Positions 1 to 10,337 of a DNA stretch of 64,000 nt are shown one piece after another; position 1 is the first letter of the stretch, and every line of letters starts with the position of its first letter. The notes under the pieces were generated by a model. It saw only the letters and a program-made list of their open reading frames with translations. It did no database searches and had not been told where the DNA came from. Origin of the DNA: an uncultured Acidobacteriota bacterium (lineage in GTDB: Bacteria > Acidobacteriota > Thermoanaerobaculia > Multivoradales > UBA5704); assembly GCA_963700145.1 (NCBI GenBank), contig OY969474.1, positions 3,456,001 through 3,520,000 on the forward strand, read 5' to 3'. Made by a program: the position numbers and the translations under genes.

Positions 1-579
1 GACCTCCTCGCCGCGGAAGCGGAAGCGCTTGACGGCGTCCCCCTGCGGGCCGCGGTAGCGGAAGGCGACCTCGGGCGCCGCCGGCGTCCCGGCGCGCTCG
101 ACGGCGTAGAGGGCCTGGTCGAGCGGCAGGGCGCCGCCGGCCGGGTCGACGAGGGTGAAGGGGTAGGGCTGGCCGGCGCGCCGGCGGACGAGGTCGAGCC
201 CCTTGCCGTCCGGCCCGCGGTGCTCTTTGAGGACCAGCGAGAGGAGCTGCGCGCCGCGGTTGGTGAAGGTGGCGCGGAAGGCGTCGGTCTCGACCACCAC
301 GCGCTCCTCGCGCGCGGCGGCGACCGGCGGCAGCGGTGCGGCCGGCGCCTGGCCCGGGGCGCCCGCGGGGGCGGCGGCCTCCGCCGGCGCCGTGGTCGCC
401 GCGTCCGGCGCGCCCGTCGTCGCCTCGGGCGGGCGCTCGGCGGGAGCGGCCGGGGCCGCCGCCTCGCCGGCGTCCGGCTGGCCGGTGCCGGGCGGCGGGG
501 GCGGCGGGAAGAGGGCCATCCACCCGAGGTAGACCGCCATCGAAAGGAGGAAGGCGACGAGGAGGCGGCGATAGTCCAC
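1..579 (-). CDS. yidC: membrane protein insertase YidC (5' part; runs off window)
   Basis: GTG at 579 gives MDYRRLLVAFLLSMAVYLGWMALFPPP, an N-terminal TM plus Pro/Ala linker, then VVVETDAFRATFTNRGAQL; lies after rnpA-yidD. Confidence 0.9.
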   Translation of the reverse strand, partial: MDYRRLLVAFLLSMAVYLGWMALFPPPPPPGTGQPDAGEAAAPAAPAERPPEATTGAPDAATTAPAEAAAPAGAPGQAPAAPLPPVAAAREERVVVETDAFRATFTNRGAQLLSLVLKEHRGPDGKGLDLVRRRAGQPYPFTLVDPAGGALPLDQALYAVERAGTPAAPEVAFRYRGPQGDAVKRFRFRGEEV

Positions 580-638
580 GGTGGAGAGAGTCCTTTCCCG
601 AAATCAGTTGCCGCGCCGGCGGCCCGGGGCCGTCGCGG

Positions 639-857
639 TCACGGCAGGTCGACGCCGCCGGCGCCGAAGGGGTGGCAGCGGCAGACCCGCCCCGCCGCCA
701 GCGCGCCGCCGCGCCAGAAGCCGTGCTTGAGCAGGGCCAGCCGCGCGTACTCCGAGCAGGTCGGCGTGAAGCGGCAGGAGCGCGGCAGGAGCGGCGAGAG
801 CCAGCGCTTGTAGGCCCCGAGGAGCGCCACCGAGGCGCCCACCGCCGCCCCCCTCAC
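639..857 (-). CDS. yidD: membrane protein insertion efficiency factor YidD
   Basis: YKRWLSPLLPRSCRFTPTCSEYA...RCHPF motif; GTGA overlap with the rnpA stop. Confidence 0.95.
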   Translation of the reverse strand: MRGAAVGASVALLGAYKRWLSPLLPRSCRFTPTCSEYARLALLKHGFWRGGALAAGRVCRCHPFGAGGVDLP

Positions 858-1249
858 CGCCGCGCCTCCCGCGGCTCCCGCGGCAGCAGGCCCGAGAAGA
901 GGCCCAGCAGCTCCTCGCGGAAGGCCCGGAACTCCGAGTCCCGGGCCTCGGGCTTGAGATGCACCACCAGGTCCACGGCCGGCAGCCGGCCGCGGTGCGG
1001 CCAGCGCCGGTAGGCCTCGCGCGTCCGGCGCTTGAGGCGCTGGCGCACCACGGCCTTGCCGACCTTGCGGCTGGCGGTGATGCCGAGGCGAGGGTGCCCG
1101 AGGTCGTTGGGGGCGTGGTAGAGGATCGCCAGGTTGCCGTGCCGGCGGCGGCCCGTCCGGTAGCACCTGAGGTAGTCGGTCCGGCGCCGCAGCCTCTCCC
1201 GGCCGTGCAGGCGCTCCCCCGCGGGCGGGGGGTCCTGCCGCTCCGGCAT
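854..1249 (-). CDS. rnpA: ribonuclease P protein component
   Basis: RLGITASRKVGKAVVRQRLKRRTRE (RNR-like motif); lies between rpmH and yidD. Confidence 0.95.
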   Translation of the reverse strand: MPERQDPPPAGERLHGRERLRRRTDYLRCYRTGRRRHGNLAILYHAPNDLGHPRLGITASRKVGKAVVRQRLKRRTREAYRRWPHRGRLPAVDLVVHLKPEARDSEFRAFREELLGLFSGLLPREPREARR

Positions 1250-1383
1250 CAGACGCTCAGGCGCTTCCGACCCTTTGCGCGCCGGCGCGAGATCACCGCG
1301 CGCCCGGCGCGCGTGCGCATGCGCACCAGGAAGCCGTGCGTCCGCTTGCGGCGACGGTTGTTCGGCTGGAAAGTCCGTTTCAC
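1249..1383 (-). CDS. rpmH: 50S ribosomal protein L34
   Basis: Translated by hand: [44 protein letters not shown] (44 aa, GTG start). Confidence 0.97.
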   Translation of the reverse strand: MKRTFQPNNRRRKRTHGFLVRMRTRAGRAVISRRRAKGRKRLSV

Positions 1384-1561
1384 GTTCGAACCGCCTTCTG
1401 TCGAGGGTTGACGGTGCTGACCGAACGGCGGGCCCGGCGGGCGGCGCCGACGAAAGGCGGAACCTACCGCAGCTCAGGGTGTTGGGTCAACCCGAGCCAC
1501 CCCGGTGAGGGGATCGGCGCGGCCGGAGCGTTCTCTCAACGTGAGCGAGAAAGGAGCGGCG

Positions 1562-2497
1562 ATGACCTCGAGCACCTCGCGGATCCCAACCTCACCTTGG
1601 CGCAGACCCGCGGCCTGGCTGTCCGCATGGGCGGTCGCAGGCTTTCTGGCGGCGGGAGGCGCGGCCGCCACCGACCTCGAGGCGCAAATGTACGTCGTCA
1701 CCGACTGGCTCGCGGAGTGCCCGGCGAACGACCTCTCCCACTGGGACAACATGGTCGATTACTGGTACGACGAGATCGACGACCACGGCTGGTTCCACCG
1801 CAACCGCCGCTTCGTCAACGGCGAGTACAACCGCAACCTGCTCTGCGACTCCGACACCGGCCTCGCGGGCTGCGACGACGGCGCCAACCTGGACGCGGGG
1901 GACGCGGTGATGCTGGGACTCCACGGCGGCGACTCGGGCGACCACTGGAGAGGCTCCCTGCGGCGCAACAGCGGCGGCGGCGACTGCTTCATCGACGCCC
2001 CGGACGCCGGCGGCGGCGAGCTCTTCGCCGGGGACGTGGACCTCGAGTTCCTCCACTTCTCCTCGTGCAACAGCATGGACGACGACAACCTGGGGAACAC
2101 CTGGCGCATGTTCGAGGACCCGGTGGATTCGTCCACGAACGGGCGGCGGCTGCATCAGGCGGACGGCTTTCACGGGTTCATGTGGATCGGCAGCTGCTGT
2201 GACGACCAGTACGAGGACTTCGCCTCCGATGCTTTCAGCGTCTCGATCAAGGACGCCTGGTTGGACAACATGTACGTCACCGGCATCGACTGCTTCTTGG
2301 GCCTTTTCGGCACCTGCGCCACGCAGTGCCCGGTGGCTTACGCCGTGGGAACCGACGCCGCCGACTGCTTCAACCGTATCGACAACGAGCGCTACAACGC
2401 CCCGTTCGCCGACCCGGGGCCGATCGGCACCTACTGCTACTCCTACTACGACGGCTGCAACCCCGAGGGCGAAGGGGCATTTGGAACCAAGGACTGA
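1562..2497 (+). CDS. secreted Cys-rich protein, DUF6345-like (possible His-Cys protease fold)
   Basis: AAAGGAG SD before ATG 1562; signal peptide; LGLHGG, FLHFSSCNSMD and LHQADGFHG motifs; 13 Cys. Confidence 0.6.
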   Translation: MTSSTSRIPTSPWRRPAAWLSAWAVAGFLAAGGAAATDLEAQMYVVTDWLAECPANDLSHWDNMVDYWYDEIDDHGWFHRNRRFVNGEYNRNLLCDSDTGLAGCDDGANLDAGDAVMLGLHGGDSGDHWRGSLRRNSGGGDCFIDAPDAGGGELFAGDVDLEFLHFSSCNSMDDDNLGNTWRMFEDPVDSSTNGRRLHQADGFHGFMWIGSCCDDQYEDFASDAFSVSIKDAWLDNMYVTGIDCFLGLFGTCATQCPVAYAVGTDAADCFNRIDNERYNAPFADPGPIGTYCYSYYDGCNPEGEGAFGTKD

Positions 2498-2511
2498 GAG
2501 GAGTGTGAACC

Positions 2512-3810
<1,299 letters not shown>

Positions 3811-3829
3811 TCGAAGCTCCAAAGAACCT

Positions 3830-4303
3830 TTACAGAACCGTCTGCCCCGGGCGCGGATTCCGCCGCAAGGCGGCGAAAAAGCCGCTGAGCAGGGCGCCGC
3901 ACTCCTCGGCCAGGACGCCCGGCTCGACCTCCAGGCGGTGGTTCAGCCGCGGGTCCTGGACGACGTTGCCGAGCGTCCCGCAGTAGCCCGCCTTGGGGTC
4001 GGCGGCGCCGTAGACCAGCCGCTCGACCCGCGCCGCCACGAGTGCCCCCGCGCACATCGGGCAGGGCTCCAGGGTGACGTACAGGGTGCCGCCCAACCGC
4101 CACCCGCCGGTCCGCTCCGCCGCCTGGCGGATAGCCAGGAGCTCGGCGTGGGCCAGCGGGTCGCGGTCGATCTCGCGCCGGTTGTGCGCGCGGCCGAGCA
4201 CCTCGCCGCCGCGCACGAACAGCGCCCCGATCGGCACCTCCCCGAGCGCGCCCCCCCGCTCGGCCTCGGCGATCGCTTGGCGCATCCAGTCCCGGTCGTC
4301 CAT
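3830..4303 (-). CDS. tadA: tRNA adenosine(34) deaminase
   Basis: GEVPIGA, HAE and LYVTLEPCPMCAGA motifs. Confidence 0.95.
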   Translation of the reverse strand: MDDRDWMRQAIAEAERGGALGEVPIGALFVRGGEVLGRAHNRREIDRDPLAHAELLAIRQAAERTGGWRLGGTLYVTLEPCPMCAGALVAARVERLVYGAADPKAGYCGTLGNVVQDPRLNHRLEVEPGVLAEECGALLSGFFAALRRNPRPGQTVL

Positions 4304-4385
4304 CGGGTCGCCCGGTGCCGGAAGCGCCGGCAGCCTCGGCCGCGAGCCGGGTAGTGTAGCCGAAGGCCGGGTGTAGCATGCGCTC

Positions 4386-4583
4386 ATGGCTCGATCTTCG
4401 GAGCGGATTGCCTCCCACGTTGAAGCGGCTCCCGACGCCGCCTACCAGCCGAAGACGGCGCTCGGCCGGCGGTTGTGGGAATTGCGCCGGCAGGTTCTCG
4501 CCGAGGGCGATCGGCCGTTGGGCTGGCACGACCTCGAGCGCGAGATCGCCGAGCGTCGGGGCGAGCGGAACGCCGACGATTGA
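4386..4583 (+). CDS. putative antitoxin (65 aa)
   Basis: Small gene whose stop overlaps the TTG start of a PIN gene. Confidence 0.6.
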   Translation: MARSSERIASHVEAAPDAAYQPKTALGRRLWELRRQVLAEGDRPLGWHDLEREIAERRGERNADD

Positions 4584-4984
4584 AGCTCACCTTCATCGAC
4601 GCCGGGGTGCTGATTGCCGTCGCGCGCGGCTCCGGCGACATCGCTCTCAAAGCGATGGCGGTCTTGGACGACCCGGAACGGGCTTTCGCCTCCAGCCTGT
4701 TCGTTCGGCTCGAGGTCCTGCCGAAAGCAAGATTTCATCGACGAGCCGCGGAGACCGCCTTCTACGAGGCTTTCTTCGAGACCGTGGAGCACTGGGCGCG
4801 CCCTGAGGGGTCTCTGCTCGAACGCGCCTTCGATGCGGCGGTCGAGTTCGGCCTTTCGTCCATCGACGCGCTGCACGTCGCGGCGGCCGCTGCCCTGGGG
4901 GCTGAGGAGCTGGTCACGACCGAACGGCCCGGCAAACCGCTGCATCGCGTGACCAGCGTGGCCGTCAAGACCATTCACCCCTGA
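4580..4984 (+). CDS. PIN-domain (VapC-like) toxin
   Basis: TFIDAGVLIA...LEVLP...SIDALHVAAA...LVTTE, the PIN acidic motifs; TTG start. Confidence 0.85.
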   Translation: MKLTFIDAGVLIAVARGSGDIALKAMAVLDDPERAFASSLFVRLEVLPKARFHRRAAETAFYEAFFETVEHWARPEGSLLERAFDAAVEFGLSSIDALHVAAAAALGAEELVTTERPGKPLHRVTSVAVKTIHP

Positions 4985-5058
4985 AACGACTCTCTCGCAA
5001 CCGCGGCCGGCCTGTCCGGCGGAAGGCGGTGGCGCGGCCGGGTGTTATCCTAGGCGCC

Positions 5059-5191
5059 GGCAGCGACCCACGAAGGGCTCGGGTCCTGTGCATCGGCCGC
5101 TATCGAACCTCGTCAGGCCCGGAAGGGAGCAGCGATAAGGTATGCGCGCCGAGTGCCGCAGACAAACCGGAGCCCTTCGTGGGGCGCTGCC
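5059..5191 (+). ncRNA. ffs: signal recognition particle RNA (4.5S)
   Basis: Helix-8 motif TCAGGCCCGGAAGGGAGCAGC inside a long hairpin; extended -10 TGTTATCCT upstream; directly before dnaX. Confidence 0.92.
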
Positions 5192-5213
5192 TGTCTTACT
5201 CCTCTGACATCCC

Positions 5214-6875
5214 ATGAGCTATCAGGTCCTCGCGCGCAAGTGGCGGCCGCAGACCTTCGCCAGCCTGGTCGGCCAGGAGCCGATCGTCACCGCGCTGCGC
5301 AACGCCCTCACCGAAGGGCGGATCGCCCAGGCCTACCTCTTCTCCGGCATCCGCGGCGTCGGCAAGACGACCGCGGCGCGCGTCCTCGCCAAGGCGCTCA
5401 ACTGCGAGCGCGGCCCCGCCGCCGACCCCTGCGACGACTGCCTGCCCTGCCGTGAGATCACCCGCGGCGCCGACCTCGACGTGATCGAGGTGGACGCCGC
5501 CACCTACTCGAAGGTCGAGCAGGTGCGCGACCTGACCGAGAGCCTGCGCTACGGCCCGGCGCGCGACCGCTACAAGGTGGTGGTGATCGACGAGATCCAC
5601 CGCCTCTCGCGCCAGGCCTTCGACGCCCTGCTCAAGATCGTCGAGGAGCCGCCGCCGCACCTGGCCTTCATCTTCGCCACGACCGAGATCGAGGCGGTGC
5701 CGGCGACGATCCTCTCGCGCTGCCAGGAGTTCCACTTCCGGCGCGTCTCCTCGCCCGACGTCGCGGCGCTGCTGCGCCGCATCAGCGAGGCCGAGGGGAT
5801 CACGGCGAGCGACCCGGCGCTGCGTCTCATCGCCCGCGCCGGCGAGGGCAGCGTGCGCGACGCGGTGGCGCTCCTCGACCAGCTCGCCACCTTCGGCTCG
5901 GGCACAATCGCCGACGAGGAGGCGGTGCGGCTGCTGGGCGGGCTCGACACCGCGCTCTTCGGCCGGCTCCTCGAGGCGATCCTGGGCGGCGACCCGCTCG
6001 GCGTGCGCGAGGCCGTGCAGCGGATCGAAGACGAAGGTTGGGACCCGCGCCACGTCTTTTGCCAGTTCCTCGCCTACTGCCGCGACGCGCTGCACCTGGC
6101 GATGGGCGGCGCCGATACGCACGTCGACCTGCCGGTCGAGGAGGAGGCGATCCTGGCCGGCCGCGCCCGCGCCGCCGGCTACGAGAACCTGCTGCGCCTG
6201 CTACAGCAGCTCCTGGCGAGCGAGCAGATCGTGCGGCGGAGCGAGGTCGGTGTCCTGGCCGTCGAGATCGCCTGGCTGCGCGCGGCGGAGCTGCCGAAGC
6301 TGACGCGGGTCGAGGAGCTGCTGGCGGGTGGCAAGAGGCCGGAGCCGCAACCGCCTCCGGTCAAGCGGAAGGAAGAGAGCGAGAGGCCCGCCGTCGCCAG
6401 GCAGGTGGCGGGAAACGGAGAAGCGCGGCGAGCGGCGGAGGACCGCCCGGCGCCGGCGCGCCCGCCCGAGCCTCCCGCACAGGCGCCCCTGCAAGAGCCC
6501 GCCCCGCAGCCCGCGGAGACCGGCGACGTCGTGGACGTCATCATCCAGGAGCTGGACAAGCTGCGGCCGTCGCTCGCCGCCGTCTTCGCCCAGCACCGGC
6601 CGCGCTTCGAGGGCGGCGCGCTGCTGGTGCCGCGCGAGGCCCACCTGGAAGCGACTTTGCGGCGCGGCAACAACCGGCAGATACTGGAGAAGGTGCTGGC
6701 CACGGTGGGCGGGAGCGCGGCGCGCTGGCAGGAGGACGACGGCGAGCCCGCCGCCGCCGCCGAGCCCGAGCCGCCGCCGCCGGTGCTGAGCCATCCGACG
6801 GTGCAGGCGGTGCTCGACATCTTCAACGGCCGGGTGGAGCGGGTCGAGCCGCACGCGCGCCCGAGGGAGGAGTGA
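5214..6875 (+). CDS. dnaX: DNA polymerase III subunit gamma/tau
   Basis: YQVLARKWRPQTF, GIRGVGKTT, Zn-binding cysteines, IDEIH, TILSRCQ. Confidence 0.97.
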   Translation: MSYQVLARKWRPQTFASLVGQEPIVTALRNALTEGRIAQAYLFSGIRGVGKTTAARVLAKALNCERGPAADPCDDCLPCREITRGADLDVIEVDAATYSKVEQVRDLTESLRYGPARDRYKVVVIDEIHRLSRQAFDALLKIVEEPPPHLAFIFATTEIEAVPATILSRCQEFHFRRVSSPDVAALLRRISEAEGITASDPALRLIARAGEGSVRDAVALLDQLATFGSGTIADEEAVRLLGGLDTALFGRLLEAILGGDPLGVREAVQRIEDEGWDPRHVFCQFLAYCRDALHLAMGGADTHVDLPVEEEAILAGRARAAGYENLLRLLQQLLASEQIVRRSEVGVLAVEIAWLRAAELPKLTRVEELLAGGKRPEPQPPPVKRKEESERPAVARQVAGNGEARRAAEDRPAPARPPEPPAQAPLQEPAPQPAETGDVVDVIIQELDKLRPSLAAVFAQHRPRFEGGALLVPREAHLEATLRRGNNRQILEKVLATVGGSAARWQEDDGEPAAAAEPEPPPPVLSHPTVQAVLDIFNGRVERVEPHARPREE

Positions 6876-6879
6876 GGCG

Positions 6880-7176
6880 ATGAGCAGCATGCGACAGCTC
6901 ATGAAACAAGCGCAGGAGATGCAGGAGCGCCTGCAGCGCGAGCTCGCCGAGATGGTCGTCGAGGCGAGCGTCGGCGGCGGCATGGTGACGGTCAAGATGA
7001 GCGGTCACAAGCAGCTCGTCGGCTGCAAGATCGACCCCGAGGTGATGGACAAGGAAGACCCCTCGATGCTCGAGGACCTCATCGTCGCCGCCGTCAGCGA
7101 GGCCGGCCGCAAGGTCGACGAGACGATGCGCAGCCGGGTGGGCGCGATGGCCTCGAACCTGCCGGGCCTGTTCTGA
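6880..7176 (+). CDS. ybaB: nucleoid-associated protein YbaB/EbfC
   Basis: MKQAQEMQ...GGGMVTV...MLEDLIVAA; dnaX-ybaB-recR synteny. Confidence 0.95.
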   Translation: MSSMRQLMKQAQEMQERLQRELAEMVVEASVGGGMVTVKMSGHKQLVGCKIDPEVMDKEDPSMLEDLIVAAVSEAGRKVDETMRSRVGAMASNLPGLF

Positions 7177-7775
7177 GCCGCACGCCCGCCTCCGCCGATC
7201 CGCTGGCCCGGCTGGTCGGCGAGCTCTCCCGCCTCCCCTCGATCGGGCCCAAGACCGCCACTCGCCTCGCCCACTACCTGCTCAAGGTCCCGGCCGCCGA
7301 GGCGCTGGCGCTCGCCGCCGCCATCACCGAGGTCAAGGAGAAGCTCTTCCACTGCTCCTCCTGCAACGCGATCACCGCCGTCGACCCCTGCCGCTTCTGC
7401 GCCGATCCGCAGCGCGAGCGGCGGCAGCTTTGCGTCGTCGAGGAGCCGTTCAACATCGAGCCGATCGAGCGCACCGGCGAGTACCACGGCCTCTACCACG
7501 TGCTGCTCGGCGCGCTCTCCCCGCACCGCGGCATCGGGCCCGACCGGCTGGCCATCCCGCGCCTGCTCGAGCGGCTCGACGGCGTCGAGGAGGTGGTCCT
7601 CGCCACCAACCCCAACGTCGAGGGGGAGGCGACGGCGCTCTTCCTCGCCCGGCTGCTCAAGGCGCGCGGCGTCAAGGTCACGCGCCTCGCCTTCGGCATG
7701 CCGGTCGGCGGCGACATCGAGTACACCGACGAGGTCACGCTCGGCCGCTCGCTCGCAGGGCGGCGCGAGATGTGA
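7173..7775 (+). CDS. recR: recombination mediator RecR (apparent CTG start)
   Basis: LPSIGPKTA HhH, C4 zinc finger, CVVE, YHVLLG, ATNPNVEGEATA toprim; no ATG/GTG/TTG at the 5' end. Confidence 0.93.
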   Translation: MSRTPASADPLARLVGELSRLPSIGPKTATRLAHYLLKVPAAEALALAAAITEVKEKLFHCSSCNAITAVDPCRFCADPQRERRQLCVVEEPFNIEPIERTGEYHGLYHVLLGALSPHRGIGPDRLAIPRLLERLDGVEEVVLATNPNVEGEATALFLARLLKARGVKVTRLAFGMPVGGDIEYTDEVTLGRSLAGRREM

Positions 7776-9073
7776 GCACGCGCGCCCTGCGGCGCGGCGA
7801 TCTGCTGCCGCGCATGGTCGTGGCGCCGCCGGGCCCGCAGGCGCGCGCTTTCTCGGAACGCCTCGCCGCCGCCGAGGCGCCGGGCATCAACACCCTCGCC
7901 GGCGGGCGGCCGTCGCTGCTCTGGAAAGAAGCGCTCGGCGCCAACGTCCTCGACGTCGACGGCAACCGCTACCTCGACCTGACCTCCGGCTTCGGCGTCG
8001 CGGCGGTCGGCCACCGCCACCCGCGCGTCGTCGCGGCGGTGCGCGCGCAGAGCGGCCGGCTCCTCCACGGGCTCGGCGACGTCCACGCCCACCCGCTGCG
8101 GATCGAGCTGGCGGAGCGGCTCGCGGCGCTGGCGCCGGTCGACGAGCCGCGGGTCTTCTTCGCCGTCTCGGGGGCGGAGGCGGTCGAGATCGCGCTCAAG
8201 ACCGCGGTCGCCGCGACCGGCCGCGCCGGCGTCGTCGCCTTCGAGCCGAGCTACCACGGCACGACCCTCGGGGCGCTCGCCGCCACCTCCCGCGCCGAGT
8301 TCCGGCGCCCCTTCCTCGCCCACCTCCACCCGCACGTCGTGCGCCTCCCCTTCGGCTGCCCGCCGGCCGACGTTGGCGCGACGCTCGCCGGCGGCGGCAT
8401 CGCCTGCCTGCTGGTCGAGCCGATCGTCGGGCGCGAGGGGGTGCTGTTGCCGCCGCCGGGGTGGCTGGCGAAGATCGCCGCGCTCTGCCGGCGGCACGGC
8501 GTGCCGATCGCCGCCGACGAAGTCTTCACCGGCCTCGGGCGCACCGGGGCGCTCTGGGCCTGCGCGGCCGAAGGGGTGCGCCCCGACCTCCTCTGCTGCG
8601 GCAAGGCGCTGGGCGGCGGGCTGCCGATCGCGGCGGTCGTCGGGAGGCGCGAGCTGATGGCGGCGTGGGAGACGCCGGGGGAGGCGCTCCACACCTCGAC
8701 CTTCGTCGGCCATCCGCTCGCCTGCGCGGCGGCGCTGGCGGCGCTCGACGTGATCGAAGAGGAGCGGCTGGCCGAGCGCGCGGCGCAGCTCGGCGATTCT
8801 CTTCTGGGGCCGCGGTTGACCGGGTGGGGAGAACGGTTTGCCGCGGTCGACGCGGTGCGCGGCCGCGGGCTCCTCTGGGGCGTCGAGCTCGCCTCGCGTG
8901 CGGCCGCTGGCGCCTTCGTCGAGGGCGCGCGCCGCCGCGGCGTCTTGCTCCTCGCCGGCGGCCCCGAGGGGCGCGTCGTGCAGCTCGTCCCGCCTCTGTC
9001 CATTACCCAGAAGCTGCTGGCTTGCGCGATCGACCTGCTCGAAGCCGCCCTCGCCGAACTCGGCGCGACCTGA
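7772..9073 (+). CDS. class III PLP-dependent aminotransferase
   Basis: DVDGNRYLD, SGAEAVE, SYHG, IAADEVFTGLGRTG, GKALGGG (PLP Lys), STF; GTGA overlap with recR. Confidence 0.9.
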   Translation: MSTRALRRGDLLPRMVVAPPGPQARAFSERLAAAEAPGINTLAGGRPSLLWKEALGANVLDVDGNRYLDLTSGFGVAAVGHRHPRVVAAVRAQSGRLLHGLGDVHAHPLRIELAERLAALAPVDEPRVFFAVSGAEAVEIALKTAVAATGRAGVVAFEPSYHGTTLGALAATSRAEFRRPFLAHLHPHVVRLPFGCPPADVGATLAGGGIACLLVEPIVGREGVLLPPPGWLAKIAALCRRHGVPIAADEVFTGLGRTGALWACAAEGVRPDLLCCGKALGGGLPIAAVVGRRELMAAWETPGEALHTSTFVGHPLACAAALAALDVIEEERLAERAAQLGDSLLGPRLTGWGERFAAVDAVRGRGLLWGVELASRAAAGAFVEGARRRGVLLLAGGPEGRVVQLVPPLSITQKLLACAIDLLEAALAELGAT

Positions 9074-9088
9074 GAGACAATCGCCTTC

Positions 9089-9658
9089 ATGCCCGACACG
9101 CCGCGCCTGAAGGTCGCCTTCATCGGTAGCCACGGTGTCGGCAAGACCACGCTCTGCTACGGCCTCGCGGCGCGGCTCAAGGCGCGCGACGTGGCGGTCG
9201 ACGTCGTGCACGAGATCGCGCGCCGCTGCCCGCTGCCGATCAACGAGGAGACCGGCGTCGCCTCGGAGTCCTGGATCCTCCACACCCAGATCGGCGAGGA
9301 GCTGATCGCGCAGGCGCGCTACCCGGTGGTGATCTGCGACCGCAGCGTCCTCGACAACTACGTCTACCTGCTGCTCGCCGCCGGCAAGCAGCCGCACCTC
9401 GAAGGGCTGGTGGACGGCTGGATGCGCGGCTACGACCTGCTGTTCCACGTGCCGATCGTCGAGGAACCGAGCCCCGACGGCGTGCGCTCGGCCGACCCGG
9501 CGTTCCAGACCGCCGTCGACCGGCGGCTGGAGGAGGAACTGGCGGCGCGCGGCCTGGCGCCGCAGCGGCTCGACCCGGCGCGGCGCGGCGAGTGGCTGGA
9601 GCGGGTGGACTGCGCGGTGTGGGAGCGGCTGCGGCCGGCGCAGATGCGGCTGCTGTGA
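9089..9658 (+). CDS. NadR/AAA_28-like P-loop kinase
   Basis: VAFIGSHGVGKTT Walker A, VICDRSVLD, YDLLF, DGVR. Confidence 0.8.
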   Translation: MPDTPRLKVAFIGSHGVGKTTLCYGLAARLKARDVAVDVVHEIARRCPLPINEETGVASESWILHTQIGEELIAQARYPVVICDRSVLDNYVYLLLAAGKQPHLEGLVDGWMRGYDLLFHVPIVEEPSPDGVRSADPAFQTAVDRRLEEELAARGLAPQRLDPARRGEWLERVDCAVWERLRPAQMRLL

Positions 9659-9669
9659 GGGGCTGAGCG

Positions 9670-10326
9670 ATGCCGTCGTTCGAAGGCCTGCTCCTCTGGT
9701 TGCTGCTGGCGCTCCTGGCCGCCGGCGCCGTCGCGCTTCTGCTCGTCTTGCGCGACCGCCGGCCGCCGGCGGTCGCCGCCGCCGCGCTCGCCCGCGGGGA
9801 CTTCGCGGCAGCGCTGGCGGCGGGGAGCGCACCGGGGGCGCCGCGCGAGGAGCGCCTCGCCGCGGCCGCCGGCGCCAAGCACCTCCTCGACTTCGACGCC
9901 GCCGGCGCCCTCCTCGCTCCGCTCCTCGCCGCCGACCCCGAGGACGGCGAGGCCTGGCTCGAAGCCGGGCTCGTCGCCGCCTACGCCGGCGACCACGACG
10001 GCGCCGAGCACGCCTTCGCGCGCGCCGCCGCGCTGCGCTCGGACCTCCTCGAGTCGATCACCCTGCACCGCGCCTGGTCGGCCCTGGCGCGCGGCGACCG
10101 GCGCGCCGCCCGCGCCCGCTTCGAGGAGGTCGAGGCACCCCTCGAGAGCAAGCTGCGCTCCGACCTGGGGCCCGGCGATCCGCTCTTCGCCGAGTGGTTC
10201 CTCCAAGCCGCCGCGCTCTGGCGCGCCGCGGGCGACGAGGAGCGCGCCGCCTGGGCCCTCGCCGCCAGCCGCGCGGCGGCCCCGGCGTCACGACTCTGGC
10301 AAGTGATCGCCGCGCCCTCCGGCTAG
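9670..10326 (+). CDS. membrane-anchored TPR-like protein
   Basis: N-terminal TM helix; helical repeats such as DPEDGEAWLEAGLVAAYAGDHDGAEHAFARA. Confidence 0.6.
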   Translation: MPSFEGLLLWLLLALLAAGAVALLLVLRDRRPPAVAAAALARGDFAAALAAGSAPGAPREERLAAAAGAKHLLDFDAAGALLAPLLAADPEDGEAWLEAGLVAAYAGDHDGAEHAFARAAALRSDLLESITLHRAWSALARGDRRAARARFEEVEAPLESKLRSDLGPGDPLFAEWFLQAAALWRAAGDEERAAWALAASRAAAPASRLWQVIAAPSG

Positions 10327-10337
10327 AATCGGCGCCC

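Noticed and set aside
5214-6875. Programmed -1 frameshift in dnaX
   Set aside because: I found no A AAA AAG or long A-run slippery site in the linker region
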